DNA from: Desulfarculia bacterium
Lineage (GTDB): Bacteria > Desulfobacterota > Desulfarculia > Adiutricales > JAGVGV01
Length of the DNA: 64,000 bases
Direction of reading: 5' to 3'
NCBI GenBank assembly: GCA_963662445.1
Contig: OY759590.1
Span: forward strand, 2,560,249-2,624,248
Under the pieces are notes generated by a model that saw nothing but the letters and a program-made list of their open reading frames with translations, did no database searches and was not told the origin of the DNA. Made by a program: the position numbers and the translations under genes. This document shows positions 44,491 through 53,882 of this stretch, one piece after another (the stretch's first letter is position 1; each line of letters starts with the position of its first letter).

Positions 44491-45651
44491 ATGAAAAAAG
44501 AGATCACTGAATACCTGGAAAGCATCAAGCACCAGCCGCTGAAGCACATCGAAGCTCTGGTGAATATCGAAACCAGTTCCCACGACAAGGAAGGTGTCGA
44601 CAGGGCCGGAGCATATATGGCCCGCGAACTTGAGCGCATAGGTTTTCTCATTGAAAAGAGGCCTCAAGAGGTCATCGGCGACCAGATACTGGCCCGCCGC
44701 CTTTTCGGCGGGCGGGGCCGGGTCCTTATTCTGGGGCATCTGGATACGGTCTGGCCCAAAGGGACCCTGGCCGGTTGGCCTTATGCCGTTACCAGCGACG
44801 GTTTTGCCGTGGGGCCTGGGGTTGGAGATATGAAAGGCGGCATAGTGGTCGCCCTGACCGCGCTGGAGGCGCTTATGGCCACAGGCGCGGCGGACCATCT
44901 GGAATCAATTACCTTCATGCTTGTTCCGGATGAAGAGATAGGCTCGCCCATCTCCCGGACCTGGATAGAAGAGGAAGGCGGCAAGGCCGACTGGGCCCTG
45001 GTCATGGAGCCTGGCCGGGAGAACGGCGGCGTGGTCACCAAAAGGGCGGTCATGGGCCGGTTCACCATAACCGCTCATGGCGTGAGTGCTCACTGCGCCG
45101 TGAATAAAGGTGAAGGGGCCAGCGCCATCAGGGAACTCGCGGCCAAGGTGGCCCTCCTGGAGGACCTGACCCGGATAGACCTCGGGATACTGGTCAATGT
45201 GGGGTTGTTCAAGGGGGGCGAGGCTCGGCAGGTTATTCCGGCCAGGGCGGAGATGGAGATAGATTACCGGGCTCCCAGCCAGGACGAAGCCGACAGGCTG
45301 GTGGAAAACATCCGCCGGATAGCCCTGCACAAACTGAATTCCAAGGTCTCCATCGAGTTGGAAGGACGGCAGTCGCGCCCGGAATTTCCCCGCTCTCCGG
45401 GCACGTTGGAACTCTACCGCCGGGCCCTGGCTATCGCCAATGAGATGGAAATGCCTTTACCGGAAATACACACCAAGGGCGGATCGGACGGCAGTTTCGT
45501 GGCCGCGCTGGGGGTGCCCACACTGGATGGGCTCGGCCCCATCGCCCTGGACGATTGCAGCCGCCGGGAACGGCTGCTCATCAGCAGCATCATACCCAGA
45601 ACACGCCTGCTGGCCAGACTGATCGCCGGTCTCGGCCAAGCGGAAAATTAA
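44491..45651 (+). CDS. M20-family metallohydrolase (carboxypeptidase G2 / dipeptidase / aminoacylase-like)
   Basis: LGHLDTV, GPGVGDMKGG, PDEEIGS, GGSDG motifs of the M20 family. Substrate not assignable. Confidence 0.8.
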   Translation: MKKEITEYLESIKHQPLKHIEALVNIETSSHDKEGVDRAGAYMARELERIGFLIEKRPQEVIGDQILARRLFGGRGRVLILGHLDTVWPKGTLAGWPYAVTSDGFAVGPGVGDMKGGIVVALTALEALMATGAADHLESITFMLVPDEEIGSPISRTWIEEEGGKADWALVMEPGRENGGVVTKRAVMGRFTITAHGVSAHCAVNKGEGASAIRELAAKVALLEDLTRIDLGILVNVGLFKGGEARQVIPARAEMEIDYRAPSQDEADRLVENIRRIALHKLNSKVSIELEGRQSRPEFPRSPGTLELYRRALAIANEMEMPLPEIHTKGGSDGSFVAALGVPTLDGLGPIALDDCSRRERLLISSIIPRTRLLARLIAGLGQAEN

Positions 45652-45693
45652 AATACGGACGTTGAAACGGCCTGAGTTCGAGGAGAAAACGTA

Positions 45694-47226
45694 ATGGTTG
45701 TTTTGAAGATAAATGGCAATAATCTGCAACTGGAAGACGTCATAAACGTTGCCTTGTACGGGCAGAAAGTTAAATTGGATTCCGACAGCCGCCGCGCCGT
45801 TACGGCCGCCTACAGGCAGGTGGAGAGAGCGGTTGTGCAGAATCTCAAGATATACGGTATAACAACCGGCCTGGGCCATTTGAGTGAAGTAAGCATCAGC
45901 CAGGAGATGACCAAAAAACTTCAGGAAAACCTGATCCTGAGCCATTGTTCTGGCGTCGGCGACGAATTCCCCGTGGAGATATGCCGGGCCATGATGCTGC
46001 TCCGGGCCAACGCCCTGGCCAAAGGTTATTCCGGAGTGCGCCCCGAAATCATCGAAAATCTTCTGACGCTGCTGAACGCCGGGATCACTCCGGTGATATT
46101 CAAACAGGGATCGGTCGGGGCCAGCGGTGATCTTGTTCCGCTGGCTCACATGGCCCTGCTTCTGACCGGCAAGGGCAATGCCCGCCGGAATGGAACACTC
46201 ATAACCGGTGTGGAGGGACTCAAAGCCGCCGGTTTGGAGCCAATGGAACTTGAGGCCAAGGAAGCATTGGCCCTGGTCAACGGAACCCAGGCCATGGCCT
46301 CCGTTTGCGCCCTCACCCTGAGCCGGGGATTGCATCTGGCCAAGGTGGCCGACATCGCCGGAGCAATGACTCTCGAAGCTCTGGGAGGCACGGCGGCCGC
46401 CTTTGATGCCAGAATCCATCAAGCCCGTCCCATCCCCGGCCAGGGTGAGGTGGCCGCAAACGTCCTCAAAGTCGTCAATGGCAGCTCGATCACGCCGCCT
46501 AGCCTGAATTCCAGGGTTCAGGACGCCTATTCTCTCCGCTGCATGCCCCAGGTTCACGGAAGTGTGCGGGAGGTTTTGAAGTTCGTCCGTTACCTTCTGG
46601 AGATTGAACTGAACTCCGCCACCGACAACCCTCTGGTTTTCCCGGAAGACGGCGATTTCCTGTCCGGCGGCAATTTCCATGGCGAACCTCTGGCCTTTGC
46701 CGGAGACTTCATGAGTATTGCCCTATCGGAACTGGCCAACATTAGTGACCGCCGCAGCGCCCGGCTGACCGATCCTCATTGCAGCGACCTGCCGCCCAGC
46801 CTTTCCAAATTCGCCGGTGAAGGCAACTGTTTCGGCATCCTGCAGATTGTCACCGCGTCTCTGGTTTCGGACAATAAGTCCTTGGCTCACCCGGCCAGCG
46901 TGGACAGCGTGCCCACCAGCGCCAACCAGGAAGATCACGTGAGCATGGGGCTCAACGCCGCCCGTAAGGCCTGCGATATAGCGGACAACCTGGAAAATGT
47001 CCTGGCCATAGAATGCATCTGCGCGGCCCAGGCCCTGGATTTTGTGGGGCTGGAGCGTTGCGGACGGGGAACCCGGGCGGCTCATGCGGCCATAAGGACC
47101 TGTATGCCCTGGGTTGACGGAGATGTGGCCAGACTTTTCTCGGATGACATAAGGGTGGTCAGGGAATTCATAACCAGCGGAAAATTTCTGCAAGCCGTGG
47201 TCGAGTCTGTAGGGGAGCTGCATTGA
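45694..47226 (+). CDS. hutH: histidine ammonia-lyase
   Basis: 510 aa. MIO-forming GASGDLVPLAH, NGTQ and QEDHVSMG motifs. Confidence 0.93.
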   Translation: MVVLKINGNNLQLEDVINVALYGQKVKLDSDSRRAVTAAYRQVERAVVQNLKIYGITTGLGHLSEVSISQEMTKKLQENLILSHCSGVGDEFPVEICRAMMLLRANALAKGYSGVRPEIIENLLTLLNAGITPVIFKQGSVGASGDLVPLAHMALLLTGKGNARRNGTLITGVEGLKAAGLEPMELEAKEALALVNGTQAMASVCALTLSRGLHLAKVADIAGAMTLEALGGTAAAFDARIHQARPIPGQGEVAANVLKVVNGSSITPPSLNSRVQDAYSLRCMPQVHGSVREVLKFVRYLLEIELNSATDNPLVFPEDGDFLSGGNFHGEPLAFAGDFMSIALSELANISDRRSARLTDPHCSDLPPSLSKFAGEGNCFGILQIVTASLVSDNKSLAHPASVDSVPTSANQEDHVSMGLNAARKACDIADNLENVLAIECICAAQALDFVGLERCGRGTRAAHAAIRTCMPWVDGDVARLFSDDIRVVREFITSGKFLQAVVESVGELH

Positions 47227-48503
47227 CGGTTTTTCCCGGACATCCCGACCTGATTATCCATAACGCCGGAGAACTGGCCACCCTGGCTTCAACGGGAAGA
47301 GGACCCCGATGCGGCCGGGATATGGATGAAATAGCCTCTGTAAAAAAAGGGGCTGTGGCCGTGGCTGGCGGCCGGATACTGGCCGCCGGTCCCGAGGATG
47401 AAATCACGGCCCGGTTTGAAGCCGGGCCGGAAACCCGGTTGATTGACGCCGGGGGGCGTTTTGTCTCTCCTGGACTCGTGGATGCCCACACCCACCTGGT
47501 TTTCGCCGGGTCACGCGAAAATGAGTTTCGCCTGAAAATAGTAGAGGGGCTGAGCTACGGCGAGATAGAACGCCTGGGCGGGGGGGTGCCTGAGTCGGTG
47601 AGGCAGACCAGGGCCGCCAGCCTGGAAACCCTGCTGGACCAAGCCCGCCCGGTCCTCCGGCGGATGATGAGAAACGGCGTCACCACCATAGAAGCCAAAA
47701 GCGGCTATGCTTTGAACACCGCGGGAGAGATCAGGCTGCTCGAAGCCATGCGTATTCTGGACCGGGAAGGCCCGGTTGAGATAGTGCCCACTTTGTTCGG
47801 AGCACACGACATGCCTCCGGAATACTCCGCCCGGCCGGAAGGTTTTCTTGAACTCATCATCAGCGAGATGATTCCCGCCGTGGCCGCCCGAGGCTTGGCC
47901 AGATTTTACGACAGCGGTGTTACCTTTCCTCCTGAACAGACCGCCCGGCTTTTTGAAGCCGCCAAGGCGCACGGGCTTCGGCCCAAGGTCCATGCCGACG
48001 AGTTCGCCCATATGGGCGGCGCGGCTTTGGCCGCCCGCTGTGGAGCCATCAGTGCCGAGCATTGTCTGAACTCCACCCCGGAAGACCTGGAAGCCATGCG
48101 CCGGGCCGGAGTCATGGCCGTGCTGCTGCCGGCGATCCCCATAGTGCACCGCCTGAAACAATCCGTGGATGCCCGCCGGTTTATCGACGCCGGGCTGGCC
48201 GTAGCCCTGGGGACTGATTTCAATCCCAGTTGCCCGGTTGAATCATTGTCCATGGTCATGTCCCTGGGATGCTACACAAGCGGCATGAGTCCGGCCGAAG
48301 CCCTGACTTCGGCCACGGTCAATTCAGCCCATGCCATTGGCCGGGGGGGCGAGATCGGCTCCCTGGAACCGGGAAAACAGGCTGATCTGGTGATCTGGGA
48401 TGTGGCCAATCACTTGCAACTCTGCGCCAATCCCAGCGGCGGCCTGGCTGGCATGGTCGTCAAGAAAGGCGAGATTGTCTGGGAAAGCTGTTCTTCCCGC
48501 TGA
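47223..48503 (+). CDS. hutI: imidazolonepropionase
   Basis: GLVDAHTHLVFAGSRENEF, KVHADE, GTDFNP motifs. The TTG start overlaps the hutH stop. Confidence 0.9.
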   Translation: MTVFPGHPDLIIHNAGELATLASTGRGPRCGRDMDEIASVKKGAVAVAGGRILAAGPEDEITARFEAGPETRLIDAGGRFVSPGLVDAHTHLVFAGSRENEFRLKIVEGLSYGEIERLGGGVPESVRQTRAASLETLLDQARPVLRRMMRNGVTTIEAKSGYALNTAGEIRLLEAMRILDREGPVEIVPTLFGAHDMPPEYSARPEGFLELIISEMIPAVAARGLARFYDSGVTFPPEQTARLFEAAKAHGLRPKVHADEFAHMGGAALAARCGAISAEHCLNSTPEDLEAMRRAGVMAVLLPAIPIVHRLKQSVDARRFIDAGLAVALGTDFNPSCPVESLSMVMSLGCYTSGMSPAEALTSATVNSAHAIGRGGEIGSLEPGKQADLVIWDVANHLQLCANPSGGLAGMVVKKGEIVWESCSSR

Positions 48504-48517
48504 TCTGAGGTTTTGCC

Positions 48518-48778
48518 ATGGACCAGAAAGCTTTTGCGATGCTGACAGCCCTGAGCGGCCTTGAACTGTCGGAGAGCCGCTCAAAGGAACTGTACGACTA
48601 CAGCCGGCAGTTGTTCGCCAGTCTGAAGCCGCAACCGGGACAGGATGATTCCGCTGATGAAGCGACGGCTGACCAGGTGAAGCGGATATTCGGCAAAGCC
48701 CGCTCCATCCAGGAACTGGACCTGGCCCGGGTGGAACCGGCCGTGAATTTCGGCATCGAACACCTGTCCGGGGATTGA
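48518..48778 (+). CDS. small protein, possible GatC/AtzG-like partner of the downstream amidase
   Basis: 86-aa ORF located 6 nt upstream of an amidase-signature gene. Assignment is by position and size only. Confidence 0.35.
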   Translation: MDQKAFAMLTALSGLELSESRSKELYDYSRQLFASLKPQPGQDDSADEATADQVKRIFGKARSIQELDLARVEPAVNFGIEHLSGD

Positions 48779-48784
48779 GGCCAT

Positions 48785-50203
48785 ATGTCAGCCAACGATC
48801 TCTGCTTCATGGGTATCAAAAAACTGGCCGAACTGCTCGGCCACGGTGAGATTTCGCCGGTCGAACTGACCACGGCCTGTCTGGACCGTATTGAAGCCTA
48901 TGACGCCAGAATAAATTCATTTATCAATGTATTTCGGGATGAAGCCTTGGCTCGGGCCCGGTTGGCCGAGGAGGAGATATTCAAAGGGGGCTGGCGCGGC
49001 CCGCTGCATGGAATCCCCTTCGGGCTGAAAGATCTTTTCATGGTCCAGGGTAAACCTTTCACCCTGGGCAGCCGGCTTTTTCATGATGAGATTGCTTCCC
49101 TGGACAGCACGGTGGCTCTGCGCCTGAGGCAGGCCGGGGCTATACTCCTGGGCAAACAGAACATGAATCCGCTGGCTTATGGCCCTTTTGCCACGGAACC
49201 GGGATACGACTACGGCCATACCTTCAATCCCTGGGATACAACACGCATCTCCGGCGGCTCCAGCGGCGGCTCCGGAGCGGCCGTAGCGGCTGGGTTCTGC
49301 CCCTTCTCCGTGGGCAGCGATACGGGCGGTTCGGTCCGCATACCGGCGGCCTGGTGCGGGACCGTGGCCATGAAGCCCACCTATGGGCGCATCAGCAGGC
49401 ATGGAGTGCAGGCACTGGCCTGGAGCCTGGATCATCCGGGGCCTTTCACCCGGCGGGTGGAAGACTGCGCCCTGGTGATGCAGGTCCTTAGCGGCCACGA
49501 CCCAATGGACCCGTCTTCCGCCGGAAAAAAAGCGCCTTTTTTTTCGGGCCTGCTGAACAGTGACATCAAGGGCCTGAAAATCGGCCTTCCAGTTGAATAC
49601 TGGCAGCTCCCCCTGGATCCGGAAGTGAAAAAAAAGGCCGAACAGGCCGTCATGGTCCTTGAGGAACTGGGGGCCGAGACGGTGGAATTGTCCTGGCCCA
49701 TGCTGGCCTATGCGGAAAATACCAGCAACATCATCCTGCTGGCCGAAGCATCCTCCGCTTATGAGCAGTTGGTGAAGCAGCAAGGCCAAAGGCTTTGGCC
49801 TGCCTTGAGGTTGCGGCTGGAAGCCGGTCTGCTGCTTTCGGCGGCCGACTATCTGCGGGCTCAGAAAGCCAGAACTCTGCTCGTCGCGGAAACCAACCGG
49901 CTATTCGAGAAGGTCGACCTGCTCGCCGGACCGGCCATGCCGGTCACCGCCAGCCGCCCCGGACAGGCCCTGGTGCAGGCCGGTGAGAATGAGATAGGGG
50001 TCGTCAGGGCCATGACCCAGTACAACGAGGTCTTCAATCTGACCGGACATCCGGCCCTCTGCCTGCCCTGCGGCTTTTCCGCGTCGGGACTCCCCATCGG
50101 CCTGCAACTGGTGGGAAGGCCTTTTGCCGAGGCGCTTGTTTTACAAGCGGGCCAGGCCTTCGAAACGGCGACCGGTTTCTGGAAGCCGAGGCCCGAACTT
50201 TAA
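48785..50203 (+). CDS. amidase-signature family amidase (GatA/AtzE-like)
   Basis: GIPFGLKDL (catalytic Lys), GGSSGGSGAAVAAG, GSDTGGSVRIPA. Confidence 0.88.
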   Translation: MSANDLCFMGIKKLAELLGHGEISPVELTTACLDRIEAYDARINSFINVFRDEALARARLAEEEIFKGGWRGPLHGIPFGLKDLFMVQGKPFTLGSRLFHDEIASLDSTVALRLRQAGAILLGKQNMNPLAYGPFATEPGYDYGHTFNPWDTTRISGGSSGGSGAAVAAGFCPFSVGSDTGGSVRIPAAWCGTVAMKPTYGRISRHGVQALAWSLDHPGPFTRRVEDCALVMQVLSGHDPMDPSSAGKKAPFFSGLLNSDIKGLKIGLPVEYWQLPLDPEVKKKAEQAVMVLEELGAETVELSWPMLAYAENTSNIILLAEASSAYEQLVKQQGQRLWPALRLRLEAGLLLSAADYLRAQKARTLLVAETNRLFEKVDLLAGPAMPVTASRPGQALVQAGENEIGVVRAMTQYNEVFNLTGHPALCLPCGFSASGLPIGLQLVGRPFAEALVLQAGQAFETATGFWKPRPEL

Positions 50204-50231
50204 AATCTGTTGTGAGGAGAGTCTTATACCA

Positions 50232-51638
50232 ATGCCTGAGATAATGCCCAACGAATACCGGCCCGCATCGTTGTCCGACGTGCGGAAGCTTCACGAAGCC
50301 TCCTTGCACATCCTGGAAAAAAACGGCCTGGCCTTCCATCATCAGGGAGCCCTTGAGCTATTCAGAAAGGCCGGAGCCCACATCGACGGCGACATTGTGC
50401 GCATCAAGCCAGCCCTGGTCGATTGGGCCTTACAGGCAGCGCCCAAGGAATTGACCATCTATAACCGAAATCTGGAACCGGCCATGCTGATCGGGGGCGG
50501 ACGCCGAACGAGTTATTACGGAGTGGGTTCGGACAGCATCTATATCTACGACCTCGAAAACGGCCAGCGCCGCAAAGCTGTTCTTCGTGACATATCTGAA
50601 GGCATGCGGCTTGTCTCCGGCCTTTCCAATGTCGACTTTGTCATGTCCATGTTCGTTCCCTCGGATATTTCGGCCGAGGATTACGGGCGTCATCAGATGC
50701 TGGTGATGCTCAACGAGAACATCAAGCCCATTGTCTTCACCGGGGTGACCAGGGAATGCGTCGCGGAGGCGATAGGCATGGCGGCCCTGGTGCACGGGCG
50801 GGATGAACTGAGTAAAAAACCCTTTATCATAAATTACGTCAACACCGTCACCGCGCTTAAGCACAACGAGGAGAGCGTGCAGAGGCTTATGGAAGCGGCC
50901 GTGGAAAATATACCCACCATCTATGCGCCCGGCAACTCCAGAGGCACCACGGCACCCATGACCGTGGCCGGTATGCTGGCCCTGGGCAACGCCGGGCAGT
51001 TGGGCGGGCTGGTGCTGTCCCAGTTGGTGCGAGAAGGCTCGCCGTTTATCCTGAACAATCCCAGCGTGGGTGTTATGGACATGAAAACCATGGTGGACCT
51101 GTATGTCAGCCCTGACGGCGGCATATACAGTTGCGCCCTGGCCAATCATTACGGTCTGGCAGCGCTCTGTTCAGCCGGGGCCAGCGACTCCAAGGTTTTT
51201 GACGGGCAGGCCGCCGGTGAAGCCTGCCTGACCCTCTTCAGCAATACCTTCCGGGGGGCCAACCTGATACAGAATCTGGGTTACCTGGATTCGGCCATGA
51301 CCGGCAGCTTTGAACTGATTGTCTTTTGCGATGAGATAATAGGCTGGCTGAAGCGGTTTATGGAACCGCTGGAGGTCAATGACGAAACTCTGGCCCTGGA
51401 TGTCATTGACCAGGCCGCGCCTGGGTGCAATTTCATCGCTACGGAACACACCTTCCGCCATTTCCGGGATGACTGGCAGCCCCGCCTGTTGGACCGCTGG
51501 AGTTTCAGCCAGTGGGAACAGAACGGATGCCAGAGTCTCAACCGGAGGGCCAATGCACTGGCCCGCGATCTTCTGTCAAAGGCCCCGGTTGAGCCTTTGC
51601 CGCCGGAAACTCTGGCCGGGCTTAAGGCCATGCTCTAG
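50232..51638 (+). CDS. MttB-superfamily (COG5598) corrinoid-dependent methyltransferase, non-pyrrolysine type
   Basis: About 468 aa, colinear with the second MttB homologue at 53883. Uninterrupted frame with no in-frame TAG. GAGGAG RBS upstream of ATG 50232. Confidence 0.85.
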   Translation: MPEIMPNEYRPASLSDVRKLHEASLHILEKNGLAFHHQGALELFRKAGAHIDGDIVRIKPALVDWALQAAPKELTIYNRNLEPAMLIGGGRRTSYYGVGSDSIYIYDLENGQRRKAVLRDISEGMRLVSGLSNVDFVMSMFVPSDISAEDYGRHQMLVMLNENIKPIVFTGVTRECVAEAIGMAALVHGRDELSKKPFIINYVNTVTALKHNEESVQRLMEAAVENIPTIYAPGNSRGTTAPMTVAGMLALGNAGQLGGLVLSQLVREGSPFILNNPSVGVMDMKTMVDLYVSPDGGIYSCALANHYGLAALCSAGASDSKVFDGQAAGEACLTLFSNTFRGANLIQNLGYLDSAMTGSFELIVFCDEIIGWLKRFMEPLEVNDETLALDVIDQAAPGCNFIATEHTFRHFRDDWQPRLLDRWSFSQWEQNGCQSLNRRANALARDLLSKAPVEPLPPETLAGLKAML

Positions 51639-51653
51639 TCCGTGAAAAAATTG

Positions 51654-51685
51654 CCCTTTCCCAGCCGGTTGCGGCAGGGAAGGGG
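51654..51685. terminator. hairpin between convergent genes (possible bidirectional terminator)
   Basis: CCCTTTCCC (51654-51662) pairs with GGGAAGGGG (51677-51685), including one G-U pair, with a 14-nt loop. No clear U-tract. Confidence 0.3.
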
Positions 51686-51699
51686 AGTATCTCTGCGGA

Positions 51700-52515
51700 T
51701 CAGATATGCCCGTAGTAGTCTCTGTGGGCGACTATGGAATAGGCGAAATCGAAAAGCGTCCCCCAACTGAAGACAGGTATATCTATCTCTCTTTGCAGGG
51801 CGCGGGCAAAGGGCGGAAACCCCGTGCATTCCAGGACCATGGCCCCCATATTGGGGTAAGCTTCGAAAAAGGCCACGGCCTCCGCCAGGAACTCCCTTTC
51901 CGCTTTTTCGTAGAGAGCCTGGGGAATCTCGGAACGCACACCTTCAGTCCACAGGTTGTGAAACTCCGGGCACCTCTGGTCGTCCATCACCCCGCCGATG
52001 ACATAGTTGCCCCCCAACTGTATGCCGACGTTCACTAAATGAGCGTCCTGCAGAACGTCCTGGCAGCTCATGAGAATGCCAACAACCTTTTGGGGACCGA
52101 TGATCTGCTGGGCCCAGGGCACCTGCAGGAGGCTGGACATGAAAACGGGGATGTCCACACAGGCGGCTATTTCCTTCTGAAAATAGGAGAAATAACCGCA
52201 TTCGGCCATGATGGCCCGGCAGCCCATGTATTCGAGTTTCCGGGCGGCCTTAACCAGGGGTTCCAGGCAGGCGGACTTGTCTTCCTGATAGACCAGGGCC
52301 TGTATGTCGACTCCTTCGGCTATTTCGTACTGTATTGGGTAAGGAAAGCCGCTGGCGTTGCGGACGTCGCCCGGAAACCCCGGATAGACCTCATCCAGGA
52401 GCAGCACCCCCAGCCCCATGCCGTAACAGTGTCTGTTCTTGCGGGTTGCCGCCTTTTTAATGCCCATATCCCTGTTCTGCCGCCACATCTCCCTGCACTC
52501 CTGTTCCGCTGTCAA
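51700..52515 (-). CDS. Asp/Glu/hydantoin racemase-family protein
   Basis: GVLLLD..PGDVRNA..F.YP, AIMAECGYF and LECTGFPPFA blocks, with two Cys-containing active-site-like segments. Recollection-based call; the start is uncertain. Confidence 0.55.
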   Translation of the reverse strand: MTAEQECREMWRQNRDMGIKKAATRKNRHCYGMGLGVLLLDEVYPGFPGDVRNASGFPYPIQYEIAEGVDIQALVYQEDKSACLEPLVKAARKLEYMGCRAIMAECGYFSYFQKEIAACVDIPVFMSSLLQVPWAQQIIGPQKVVGILMSCQDVLQDAHLVNVGIQLGGNYVIGGVMDDQRCPEFHNLWTEGVRSEIPQALYEKAEREFLAEAVAFFEAYPNMGAMVLECTGFPPFARALQREIDIPVFSWGTLFDFAYSIVAHRDYYGHI

Positions 52516-52875
52516 AGAAAACAGCTTCCGTGAAATATACCTATCTCTTGAATAGTAATGAATAAATACAGTTGGCCTCGCGGGTTTACGGCCTTCCGGT
52601 TCGACCCGGAGGCGATATTATGAATTTAGTATGAATCAATTGTGTTGTCTATATCAATTCAATATACCCGCAAGCCTGGCCCAATCTAAACCCGGCTGCT
52701 GAACGGCTACGCAAATCAGGTGGCCTGAACTTCGACCGTCTGGGGAACGGTGGAAAAACAATCGCATACAGCTTCTGTTTTTCCCCTTGGTATTCAAGTT
52801 TTTCAATTCTTTCCGGGCTGTCCGCTTTTTGCTGTTTGGCCGCGCCATCTTGCCGGATCGGGCCGCGATTAATTT

Positions 52876-52952
52876 TCTTGACACCCAAAATCATTTGTGG
52901 TGAATTCAATCTTAATTCAACCTGACTACGAAACGCCTTTATTGTGAATTTT
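52876..52952 (+). promoter_or_regulatory. conserved promoter/operator-like element, copy B (upstream of the corrinoid methyltransferase operon)
   Basis: TTGACA (52878-52883), a 17-nt spacer, then TGgTGAATT (52898-52906), then TTCAAT..TAATTCAAC and GTGAATTT boxes. Paralogous to 38209-38285. Confidence 0.5.
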
Positions 52953-53178
52953 TGATTGGACAGCAACTTGAACATTCACTAGGCAGGCAGAATGACAACC
53001 GATCCCACCACAACGGCGTTGCCTTGTAATGAGATACTGAGATTCAGTCTCGGATATCCGTGGCCCGGACCGATGATCCGGCCAAGGGCGGCTACGCGGA
53101 AAAGTATCGGGAATGTCCGGATAATCTCATGACCCGCAAAAAACAATTCCATCTAAAGGGAAGGAGACCGAAGAGAAT

Positions 53179-53847
53179 ATGAGCGAAATACTTGCCAACG
53201 AGTCTGCGAGAGCGGCTTTCACGGCCTTGAGCGAGGCGGTCGCCAACGGAAACATCCCCGGAGCGGTAGCTGAGACCAGGCGTCTGGTCGACGGTGGAGC
53301 AGCGGTTTCGGGCATACTGGATCTCGGACTGGTTCCGGCCATGGATAAGGTTGGAGCAAAATTCGCGGCCGGGGAAATCTTCATCCCTCAGATGCTCCTG
53401 TCCGCCAAAACCATGCAGGAATGCATGAAGGTCCTGGAGCCGCTATTCAAAAAAGGCGACAAGACCACCAAGGGCAAGGTGCTCATCGGCACCGTACAGG
53501 GCGACCTGCATGATATAGGCAAGAACCTGGTGGCGGTCATGCTGGAAGGCGCCGGTTTTACCGTTACCGACCTGGGTGTGGACGTCTCGCCGGAGAAATT
53601 CGTTCAGAAGGCGAGTGAAGTGGAACCGGATATCATCGCCATGTCGGCCCTGCTTTCCACCACCATGCCCGCCATGTCCAAAACCATCAAGGCGTTGCAG
53701 GATGCCGGGCTGAAGGACAAGATCAAGGTCATGATCGGCGGCGCGCCCGTAACCGAGAAATTCGCCGGAGAGATCAACGCGGACCTTTTCGCCCCGGATG
53801 CCGGCGCGGCCGTCATCAAAGTCAAGGAAGCCCTCAACCTGGCTTAA
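53179..53847 (+). CDS. corrinoid (B12-binding) protein, MtgC/MttC-like
   Basis: DxHxxG motif (GDLHDIGKN), SALLSTT and MIGGAPV. N-terminal helical cap domain. Confidence 0.9.
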   Translation: MSEILANESARAAFTALSEAVANGNIPGAVAETRRLVDGGAAVSGILDLGLVPAMDKVGAKFAAGEIFIPQMLLSAKTMQECMKVLEPLFKKGDKTTKGKVLIGTVQGDLHDIGKNLVAVMLEGAGFTVTDLGVDVSPEKFVQKASEVEPDIIAMSALLSTTMPAMSKTIKALQDAGLKDKIKVMIGGAPVTEKFAGEINADLFAPDAGAAVIKVKEALNLA

Positions 53848-53882
53848 TAAATTACCTGAAAAAGGACAGAAGGATATAAAAG

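Noticed and set aside
45457-46680. Long antisense ORFs inside GC-rich genes: 45457-46680, 48917-49789, 39483-40274, 55359-56222, 35307-36167, 33340-34146, 16635-17255 and 50430-51149.
   Set aside because: They are shadow ORFs opposite strongly supported genes (hutH, amidase, hutU, methyltransferase, regulator, GcvH-like, sqdB, MttB). They have low-complexity R/G/P/H-rich translations and no recognisable motifs.
52976-53178. Possible cobalamin riboswitch in the long leader of the corrinoid-protein operon.
   Set aside because: I could not find a B12-box-like core or the conserved GGGAA/GCCACTG-type elements by eye. A covariance-model scan would be needed, so no call is made.
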